This document shows positions 57,518 to 64,000 of a stretch of DNA of 64,000 nucleotides, one piece after another (the first letter of the stretch is position 1; the number at the start of each line of letters is the position of its first letter). A program made the position numbers and the translations under genes. This DNA is from an uncultured Actinomycetes bacterium (GTDB taxonomy: Bacteria > Actinomycetota > Acidimicrobiia > Acidimicrobiales > CAVTQP01): contig CAVTQP010000003.1 in assembly GCA_963736925.1 (NCBI GenBank), forward strand, positions 586,868 through 650,867, written 5' to 3'. Below the pieces are notes generated by a model that worked only from the letters and a program-made list of their open reading frames with translations, did not search any database and was not told where the DNA came from.

Positions 57518-58141
57518 ATGCAAAGCTTCGTCGCCTCGTCGGGGTATTTGGCCGTCTTTTTGCTCATGCTCGCCGAGTCCGCATGCGTGCCCATCCCGTC
57601 CGAGGTGACGATGCTCGCCGCGGGCGCGTTTGCCGCCCAGGGGAGGTTGAGCCTTGGTGCGGTGATAGCGCTAGGCACCTTGGGTAACTTGGTGGGCAGC
57701 TATCTGGCATGGGCTGTCGGTCGAACCGGGGGGCGGGCGGTGCTCGGCCGCTTCGGTCGGCTGGTCCTCATTCGTGAAGAGGACCTCGACCGCGCCGAGG
57801 CATGGTTCAAGGTGCGGGGGGAGCTGGCCGTGTTCTTGGGGCGGCTCGTGCCGGTCGTACGGACTTTCATCTCGCTACCGGCCGGCGTGGCCGAGATGCC
57901 ACCCGTTCGCTTCGGTATCTACACGCTGTTGGGGTGCCTTCCTTGGACCGCAGCGCTAGGCGCTCTTGGGTACGCGTTGGGAAGCACCTGGCACTCGATC
58001 GTGCACGGATTCAGTGCCGCCACCTACGTGATCGCAGCACTGGCGGTGGCCGGAATCGCGGGATTCTTCGCCATCAGGTACCGGAGAAGAAGAGCCGTGT
58101 CAGCGCCCTCATCGGCTCCGGTAGGCAGCGCACGGGACTGA
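57518..58141 (+). CDS. DedA family membrane protein
   Basis: GYLAVFLLMLAESACVPIPSEVTMLAAG...GRLVPVVRTFISLPAG. Confidence 0.88.
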   Translation: MQSFVASSGYLAVFLLMLAESACVPIPSEVTMLAAGAFAAQGRLSLGAVIALGTLGNLVGSYLAWAVGRTGGRAVLGRFGRLVLIREEDLDRAEAWFKVRGELAVFLGRLVPVVRTFISLPAGVAEMPPVRFGIYTLLGCLPWTAALGALGYALGSTWHSIVHGFSAATYVIAALAVAGIAGFFAIRYRRRRAVSAPSSAPVGSARD

Positions 58142-58188
58142 CAGGCAACCGCAAAGGACTGTGAGCGCACGGGACTGACAACCGAGCC

Positions 58189-59019
58189 TCAGCTGAGCAC
58201 GTCCTTGCGCTTGAAGTACCACCAGCCGACGCTCAAGAAGACTGCGGCATATCCCACCTGGACCAGGACACCGCGCACCATGTCGGCTGTGACCGTCGGC
58301 TGAAAGAACAGATGGTGCCAGGCGTCGAGGTAATGGGTGGGAAACCCGTAGCGGTACCAACCGCTGCTGATGACCCCGTCCAGAATCTGTGACACCACAC
58401 CGAGCGCCACGCCCCCGGCCACCGCGCCGAAGGCGCTGTCGGTCATGGCCGAAAGCATGAACGCGAAGGAGATGAAGGCCGCCATGCCCCAGGCCACGTA
58501 AAGAGTGGCTAGGAGAAGGCGCCACAGAGCGGTGCTCTGGGGCATCGATGTGAGCGAAAGATGCGACGAGCCTGAGATATAGCCGGACGTTGTCAACGGG
58601 TGCCACCCGAAGAAAGCGATGCCAGCGACAAGTGCAACAACGCTGATCAAGATGGTCGCCACCAACGACAGAACGGCCGCGACACCTAGCTTGGTGATCA
58701 ACAGCTTCGACCGTCCCACAGGGCGCAGCAGGAGGTAGCGCAGCGTGCCCCAGTTGGCCTCGCCTGCGATCGTCTCCCCTGCAAAGAGCGACACCACGAC
58801 CACGAGGAAGAAGCCGCTCATGAACTCGAGCGCCGCGAGGGGCATGTTGAGTCCCGAGAAGGTTGCCAGCCGGATGAGGCCTTCTTCGTTGCCGCTTCCG
58901 CCGTGAGCGGGACGGTACTTGACCGCGATGGTGATTATCACGGGCAGGGCCACCACCATGGCCACACCTATGTAGGTGCGTAGCCGGAACGCCTGCTTGC
59001 GCAGCTCCACGAGGATCAC
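58189..59019 (-). CDS. ABC-2 family transporter permease
   Basis: 6 TM helices. 4-nt overlap with the upstream ATPase gene. Confidence 0.8.
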   Translation of the reverse strand: MILVELRKQAFRLRTYIGVAMVVALPVIITIAVKYRPAHGGSGNEEGLIRLATFSGLNMPLAALEFMSGFFLVVVVSLFAGETIAGEANWGTLRYLLLRPVGRSKLLITKLGVAAVLSLVATILISVVALVAGIAFFGWHPLTTSGYISGSSHLSLTSMPQSTALWRLLLATLYVAWGMAAFISFAFMLSAMTDSAFGAVAGGVALGVVSQILDGVISSGWYRYGFPTHYLDAWHHLFFQPTVTADMVRGVLVQVGYAAVFLSVGWWYFKRKDVLS

Positions 59020-59927
59020 GCGCTCGCCCCCTCCAGCAGCCCGATGAACGCGTCTTCGAGCCTGTTCCTCGCCGTAAGTGTCTCCACTCCGATCCCTTCA
59101 TTGACGAGCGTCGACACCAGGTCCGTGCGCTTCATTCCGTCGAGCTCGACGGCGAGGCCCGCGCCTTCGCGCTCCACGTGAGAGACGCCGGTCAGTCTGT
59201 CCAGGAGGCTGCCCGCACGGGATCGGTCGTCCACCTCGAGGTACACGACCGTCGTAGCCCCGACGAGCTCGGCCACCGTACCAACGGTGACCAGCTTTCC
59301 CCTGTTCATCACGGCCGCCCGGTCACAGACCTGCTCGACCTCGCTCAGCAGGTGGCTCGACAGCAAGACGGTCGTGCCACGGGCCGACACGTCACGGACA
59401 AGCTCGCGGATCTCGCGCATCTGGTGCGGGTCGAGGCCGCTGGTGGGCTCGTCCAGGATCAGCAGGTCCGGTCTTCCGAGAAGAGCCTGCGCCAGCCCCA
59501 GTCGCTGGCGCATCCCGTGCGAGTAGGTGCTGTACTTGCGGTGCAACGCCTCCCCGAGATCGGCCAGCTCCAGCGCCTCGTCCAGGTGTGCCTCCGAAAG
59601 GGGCGCGCCGCCCGCCCTCCAGAAGAGCTCCAGGTTCGAGATCCCCGAAAGATGGGGTACAAAACCCGGCGAATCCACCAGGGCCCCCACGCGGGCCAGC
59701 ACCGGAACGCCGGGCCGCACGATCTCCCCGAAGACCCGCGTCTGCCCGGCGGTCGGGCGGATGAGCCCGAAGAGCATCCTCATGATCGTCGTCTTGCCCG
59801 CTCCGTTCGGGCCGAGTAGGCCCATCACCTGGCCTTCCTCCACGGTGAGGTCCACTCCGTCGACAGCGAGCACGTCGTGGCTGTAGCGCTTGGTCAGCCG
59901 GTCCAAGACGATGGGCGGTCCGCTCAT
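59016..59927 (-). CDS. ABC transporter ATP-binding protein
   Basis: GLLGPNGAGKTT, YSHGMRQRLGLA, LLILDEPTSGLD. Confidence 0.9.
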   Translation of the reverse strand: MSGPPIVLDRLTKRYSHDVLAVDGVDLTVEEGQVMGLLGPNGAGKTTIMRMLFGLIRPTAGQTRVFGEIVRPGVPVLARVGALVDSPGFVPHLSGISNLELFWRAGGAPLSEAHLDEALELADLGEALHRKYSTYSHGMRQRLGLAQALLGRPDLLILDEPTSGLDPHQMREIRELVRDVSARGTTVLLSSHLLSEVEQVCDRAAVMNRGKLVTVGTVAELVGATTVVYLEVDDRSRAGSLLDRLTGVSHVEREGAGLAVELDGMKRTDLVSTLVNEGIGVETLTARNRLEDAFIGLLEGASA

Positions 59928-60286
59928 GTCCTCTCCATGAGTTCGATCCGGTTGCCGAAGGGGTCGTCCACATAGACATGCTCGAAGCCTTCCAGTGGTT
60001 CTCCGGGGCGGACCTCGAGGGAGGCCGAGCGCAGCTTGTCGACCAACTCGTTCAGCTCGCTCACCAGCAGCGCCGGGTGTGCCTTGCGCGCCGGGCGGAA
60101 GTCCTCCTCGACCCCCAGGTGAACCTTGACCCGTCCACCTTCGAACCAGCAGCCGCCGCGCGCCGCGAGCTGAGGAGGCTTGGGGACGTTGGGAATGCCC
60201 AAAACTCCCTCATAGAAGGAGACAGCCTCGTCTTCGACACCGGCCGGCATGGCCAGCTGAACGTGCTCGATCGATGTAACCACCAT
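59924..60286 (-). CDS. VOC (glyoxalase/bleomycin-resistance/dioxygenase) family protein
   Basis: IEHVQLAMP...HPALLV...DPFGNRIEL. Confidence 0.8.
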   Translation of the reverse strand: MVVTSIEHVQLAMPAGVEDEAVSFYEGVLGIPNVPKPPQLAARGGCWFEGGRVKVHLGVEEDFRPARKAHPALLVSELNELVDKLRSASLEVRPGEPLEGFEHVYVDDPFGNRIELMERT

Positions 60287-60319
60287 GCGTCCGGTTCCTG
60301 TGACCCGATCCCCGTCTTG

Positions 60320-61267
60320 TCAGCTAGGTGCCAGCCCCAGCTCGGGGTGCCGAGCCATGAGCATACGCTCCATGCCGGTTCGCCACTCGACGCGGGCCTC
60401 CCCGATGAGTTGGTGCATCAGGGTGTTGTCGGTGGTGACACTTTCCAGCGTCTGATCCGTGTACACGTATTCTGGGTGGAGGCCTGCGAGCCCCCCGAGG
60501 TATTCGCACCATTCCTCGATGCTGACCGCATCGCGGCCGGCCCAGTTGACAACTGTGGGGGGCACCGCGGCCACATCGAGCATCTTGGGGATCTGGTCGA
60601 TGATGTCATCCTCATGAATCGGGTTGTAGAGGCTCGGCTTGTCGCTGTGCACCGGGATAGGGCTACCGGCGAGCATCCAGTCGAGGTGCATGGCCGGCCA
60701 ACCTCCGTTGTCGCCGTAGGGAACGTTCAGCCTGGCGATCGTCGTGGGGATCCCCCATTGGCGAGCGCAGTAGCGGGCCATCACCTCGGAGGCGATCTTG
60801 CTGATGCTGTAGGTCGGGAGGAAGATTCGGTGGTTGTCGCCAAGCGGGTCGGTCTCGGCGAATGGATGGTGACCGGCCGCCTGGTACACGGCAGTGGACG
60901 AGCAGTGGAGGAAGCCCGTCGCCGAACGGCAATGCGACATGAGCAGACCGATCGCTTCGGCGTTGACGGCCAGATCGTTCGCAAAATCGTTGCTCTTCAC
61001 CACGGCGAAATTGAGCACGTGGGAGAAGTCGTCCGGAAGGTCGGAGAAGTCTCCTTGGGTCATGTCGACCGAGACACAACGGACGCCTGACCCTTCAAGG
61101 CTTTCTCGGACTCCCGGTTGCGAGAAGCGGGCTATGGCCCATACCTCTGAGTCCTTCGCCAGTGCCTTGGCGACGGGTTCCCCCACCTGGCCGGTGGCCC
61201 CCGTGATCAGGATCTTCGCATCCTCCAGCACGAAGTCAGTCTGCCACCGTGTCGGCCAAAGCGTCAC
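60320..61267 (-). CDS. NAD-dependent epimerase/dehydratase family protein
   Basis: ILITGATGQVGEPV Rossmann motif and YSISK catalytic motif. Confidence 0.85.
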   Translation of the reverse strand: MTLWPTRWQTDFVLEDAKILITGATGQVGEPVAKALAKDSEVWAIARFSQPGVRESLEGSGVRCVSVDMTQGDFSDLPDDFSHVLNFAVVKSNDFANDLAVNAEAIGLLMSHCRSATGFLHCSSTAVYQAAGHHPFAETDPLGDNHRIFLPTYSISKIASEVMARYCARQWGIPTTIARLNVPYGDNGGWPAMHLDWMLAGSPIPVHSDKPSLYNPIHEDDIIDQIPKMLDVAAVPPTVVNWAGRDAVSIEEWCEYLGGLAGLHPEYVYTDQTLESVTTDNTLMHQLIGEARVEWRTGMERMLMARHPELGLAPS

Positions 61268-61273
61268 CCCGGG

Positions 61274-61756
61274 TCAATCACCAGCCAGAGATGACAGCCT
61301 TTCGAGAACATTGGAGTTCGACGGGATCTGCCACTGCTGAGTCCCGATCGAGTCGAAGCGCACCGTCCCGTCTCGATCCACGACGAACACGGCGGGTCGC
61401 TGGCCGAGACTGCTCAACCGGTTGACCACGTCGTACGCGTCGAACACGGCGTGGTCACTGTCGGCGAGCAGCGGGAACGGAAACTCGTTGTCCCTTGTGA
61501 ATCGGGCTACCCCTTCCGTCGAGTCCGGAGCGATCGCGACCACTCGAGCTCCCCGCTCCTTGAACTGCTCAATGTCATCCCGCAACTGCGAGAGGTGCCT
61601 TCGGCAGAAGGGTCAACCGAACCCGCGCAGGAAGACGAGGGCGACAGGCCCCTCGCCCAGAGCTCGCGACAGTTGGAACTCCTGGTCGTTCTGATCGGTG
61701 AGTCGGAAGTCCGGCGCGGCCTGGCCCAAGGTGGCGGTGCGGCTATGGATGGTCAT
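61274..61756 (-). CDS. Peroxiredoxin-like (AhpC/TSA, PRX_like2) thioredoxin-fold protein with an in-frame TGA (61613-61615) at the first position of its CxxC motif: candidate selenoprotein, otherwise a nonsense-disrupted gene
   Basis: ORFs 61613-61807 and 61274-61585 share one frame and are separated by a single TGA. Read-through gives ...APDFRLTDQNDQEF...VALVFLRGFG[TGA]PFCRRHLSQLRDDIEQFKERGARVVAI.... ATG at 61756 with a GAGGAG RBS. Confidence 0.6.
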
Positions 61757-61884
61757 GTTCGCGCTCCTCGTATCGTATAGGACCGCTGGTAGAGCAACCT
61801 GTGGCAAGAGCAGGTGGTAAGAGCAGGCTGAGGCCCGAGCTCTCGTTGCCTCCCTGCGGACAGGCGCTCTGTCGGCGGACGCCG

Positions 61885-61955
61885 AGCGGGTGAGGGGAGT
61901 CGAACCCCCGTGACCAGCTTGGAAGGCTGGGGCTCTACCGTTGAGCTACACCCGC
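61885..61955 (-). tRNA. tRNA-Gly (anticodon UCC)
   Basis: Hand-folded cloverleaf: GCGGGTG/TA/GCTC-AACGGTA-GAGC/C/CCAGC-CTTCCAA-GCTGG/TCAC/GGGGG-TTCGACT-CCCCT/CACCCGC/T. No encoded CCA. Confidence 0.9.
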
Positions 61956-62047
61956 GCAAGGACGAGAGAGTAGCTGCAACCGGCCTGCTCCCGCGGGCGA
62001 ATCGGTGGCAATACCATGCCCGCGAGAAGACCTCGGGAGAGCGTGAC

Positions 62048-62401
62048 ATGGCCCATTTCAGCATCGAGCGAGCCGCCGCCATTCAACAGACCCGTGAAGC
62101 GACCAAGGGACTCCCGCCGGAGCTGCAGGAAAGAGCGATCGAAGCCGTGATCTCCAAGCCGAGCCTCACGACCACCGATTTCTTGTGGCGGAGCCTGGTG
62201 GTCGGCCTCCTGGTCCTGGTGGGCCTGTCCCTGATCGGCTTCTTCGTCCTGCTCGGGACCAACAACAACACCGATCCGGCCATAACGGTCTTCACGGCGC
62301 TTCTCACGGGCCTCCTCGGGCTGTTCATAAAGTCTCCGACGGACGCCACCAGCGAACCGGCCCGGGCTACCCAGGCTGAGGAACCCCGCCCGACCATATA
62401 G
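62048..62401 (+). CDS. Hypothetical small membrane protein (2 predicted TM helices)
   Basis: ATG at 62048. Upstream of this, ORF 61910 overlaps the tRNA-Gly. WRSLVVGLLVLVGLSLIGFFVLL and ITVFTALLTGLLGLFI. Confidence 0.45.
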   Translation: MAHFSIERAAAIQQTREATKGLPPELQERAIEAVISKPSLTTTDFLWRSLVVGLLVLVGLSLIGFFVLLGTNNNTDPAITVFTALLTGLLGLFIKSPTDATSEPARATQAEEPRPTI

Positions 62402-62471
62402 CGCCGGACCATGTGGCGGCGATCGTGCTGGGTCACCGGTGCTCGCGTCGTCGCGGGCAAAGTGACAGAAC

Positions 62472-62924
62472 TCAGGCAATCGGGTGGGCGTTAGCGGACT
62501 CACATGAGCAAGTCCGGCATGTGCAACCTGCGCTCTTCGAAGCGATCGACTCGGGGAGGCTCAAGCGAGCCCACACGACCTTGCCGCCAGCGTCTCTTCG
62601 AACACCCCAATCGTGCCCAAGCTCCTCGACGATCGCCAAGCCCCTCCCGAACGTCGAGTGCTCATCGACTTGGAGGCGTCTCGGTTCGCCAGGGGCATTG
62701 TCTGCGACCAGCACGTCTATGAATTCGTGGTGCACTTGCAGGCGTACCTCGATGGGGTCTCCCCCCGCCGACAAGGCATTGGTGACGAGCTCCGAGGTGA
62801 CGAGCACGAGATCATCAAGGTCCCGGCTGCCTCCCCACCGAGTCGCCGCGTCTCGCACCAGGTGGCGAGCGTAGGAAACGCTCACCGCCCGGCCCGGGAG
62901 CTCGAAGCAGATGTCGTTGCACAC
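62472..62924 (-). CDS. Anti-sigma regulatory factor, RsbW/SpoIIAB-like Ser/Thr kinase (HATPase_c)
   Basis: VLVTSELVTNAL...VADNAPG...GRGLAIVEEL. Confidence 0.8.
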   Translation of the reverse strand: MCNDICFELPGRAVSVSYARHLVRDAATRWGGSRDLDDLVLVTSELVTNALSAGGDPIEVRLQVHHEFIDVLVADNAPGEPRRLQVDEHSTFGRGLAIVEELGHDWGVRRDAGGKVVWARLSLPESIASKSAGCTCRTCSCESANAHPIA

Positions 62925-63003
62925 TAGGTGGTGTGTGTACCCGTTTTGGGGCGCTTCACACCGGTCATGCCGCCTGGTGGGCGGTGGCCTGATAGGGGCT
63001 GAT

Positions 63004-63336
63004 CTAAGTTCCCTCGGCCACCAAGGTGCTCTCCAGCCCTGCGATCCGTATCAGTCGCACCACCAGGGGCGGTGCGTTCGTAAGAGCCAATCTGCCCGAT
63101 CGATCGACGGCGAACTGCTGGCAGGCCACCAGGGCGTCCAGTCCACAAACCCCCATGAAGTCCAGACCCGCCAGATCGACCACGACGTGAGGTCGATCGC
63201 CGCTCGCCAAGACGTGCAATAGCTCGCTTCTGAACCTGTCGACGGTGGCGATGTCCAGGTCGCCCTCGAGGGTGACGAGGATCCTTCCGTTGTCGAGCTG
63301 CTCCACTCCCACGTTCAACGTGACGCGACGCTCCAC
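63004..63336 (-). CDS. STAS-domain anti-sigma-factor antagonist
   Basis: LEGDLDIATVDRFRSELL...VVDLAGLDFMGVCGLDALV. Confidence 0.85.
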   Translation of the reverse strand: MERRVTLNVGVEQLDNGRILVTLEGDLDIATVDRFRSELLHVLASGDRPHVVVDLAGLDFMGVCGLDALVACQQFAVDRSGRLALTNAPPLVVRLIRIAGLESTLVAEGT

Positions 63337-63565
63337 GCCCGCTTGGCATGCCGGTTTGGCGGCCGGCGGGGCGGATGGGAGATTCCGCGGTGATGAGCTA
63401 GAAGTTACTGGTGCTCCTGGTCTTCACGCTCCCAGACGTCAGGTCCATTTAGCGCGACCGGCGCCGGACATGGCTGGTCTTGGACAAGACGCTAGCTCTT
63501 GCAACGAGCTCCGGGTACGACCAAGCGATGGTGACCGGATGGGGCGGTCCCGTCGGGGAGGGGGG

Positions 63566-63637
63566 TCGGGGAGGGGGGATTCGAACCCCCGACCGCCTGC
63601 CCCCAAAGCAGGTGCGCTACCACTGCGCCACTCCCCG
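63566..63637 (-). tRNA. tRNA-Pro (anticodon UGG)
   Basis: Hand-folded: CGGGGAG/TG/GCGC-AGTGGTA-GCGC/A/CCTGC-TTTGGGG-GCAGG/CGGTC/GGGGG-TTCGAAT-CCCCC/CTCCCCG/A. Confidence 0.9.
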
Positions 63638-63789
63638 GATGACTCTTCTCGCTCCAGGGAAAGCCAGCCTACGGCACCCGCTCGGCCCCCCTGTGTGGGA
63701 TCGGCCCCGGTGCTTGGCAGATGCTGAGTCACCGCGAGCAGCGGGCGGTTGGCCGCCTCGCCTACTAGCGGGCTCCCGAACCTCCCCTA

Positions 63790-63804
63790 TACCCTACCAG
63801 GGTA
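63790..63804. promoter_or_regulatory. Palindrome TACCCT-ACC-AGGGTA, CsoR-type operator candidate
   Basis: Perfect 6-bp arms 46 nt upstream of the csoR-like ATG. It resembles known CsoR operators (TACCC...GGGTA cores). Confidence 0.6.
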
Positions 63805-63849
63805 ACCTATTCGATGTTGGCCGAGGATCGATAGCTCGGGAGGGGATGG

Positions 63850-64000
63850 ATGGCCGGTTACACGAACAGCAAGGCGCGGGTGAACATGCGACTCCGGCGG
63901 GTCGAGGGTCAAGTGCGGGGCCTGCAGCGCCTGGTCGACGAGGACGCCTATTGCATCGACGTGCTCACCCAGGTCTCGGCGGCGACTCGAGCTCTGCAGA
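63850..64000 (+). CDS. csoR: CsoR/RcnR family metal-sensing transcriptional repressor, 3' end cut by window edge
   Basis: Translated by hand: MAGYTNSKARVNMRLRRVEGQVRGLQRLVDEDAYCIDVLTQVSAATRALQ, the typical DUF156/CsoR N-terminal half including the first ligand Cys. Confidence 0.8.
   Translation, partial: MAGYTNSKARVNMRLRRVEGQVRGLQRLVDEDAYCIDVLTQVSAATRALQ

Noticed and set aside
61598-61611. Hairpin CCUUC-UGCC-GAAGG immediately 3' of the in-frame UGA of the Prx-like gene, considered as the SECIS element.
   Set aside because: Its loop starts only about 7 nt after the UGA, which is closer than the spacing usual for bacterial SECIS elements. The second hairpin (61578-61593) fits better, so I report only that one as the candidate.
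61910-62047. 5' part of ORF 61910-62401, plus ORFs 61946-62503 (-), 61753-62082 (-) and 63439-63732 (-).
   Set aside because: They overlap tRNA-Gly or tRNA-Pro and have atypical composition. Only the part from the ATG at 62048 is kept, and with low confidence.

Overview
This is a GC-rich chromosomal segment of actinobacterial type. Lineage markers are the mycothiol amidase Mca, LLM/F420-type oxidoreductases, TCGAAC-N4-GTTCGA LexA boxes, an imuA'-imuB plus dnaE2 mutasome, and a bioB-bsaP biotin operon. I can support about 65 protein genes, 2 tRNAs (Gly-UCC, Pro-UGG), several operator-like palindromes and several short tandem repeats. Content is mostly core metabolism: GH38/GH2 glycosidases with xylAB, four acyl-CoA dehydrogenases, several SDRs, a thiolase, NDH-2 and a four-subunit 2-oxoacid:ferredoxin oxidoreductase. 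There are also envelope-stress and transport genes: pspA-pspAA-htpX-pspAB, SPFH, DedA, AqpZ and two ABC-2 exporters. I see no rRNA, CRISPR array, transposase/integrase, prophage or recognisable defence island, and no clearly novel multi-gene system. The observations most worth a second look are: (1) a Prx-like thioredoxin-fold gene with an in-frame TGA exactly at the first Cys of its CxxC motif and a SECIS-like hairpin downstream, a candidate selenoprotein. (2) An SOS mutasome split by 7 kb, with two near-identical LexA-box promoters that appear leaderless. Its dnaE2 carries a frameshift at a C5/G4 run and a 9-bp x5 in-frame repeat. (3) A 14-bp x4 intergenic tandem repeat that creates a relay of stop/start-overlapping mini-ORFs. 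(4) Single-nucleotide frameshifts in three genes, including the normally indispensable pyrE. These warn that some lesions may be assembly errors rather than biology. Many long ORFs in the six-frame track are antisense shadow ORFs typical of GC-rich DNA.
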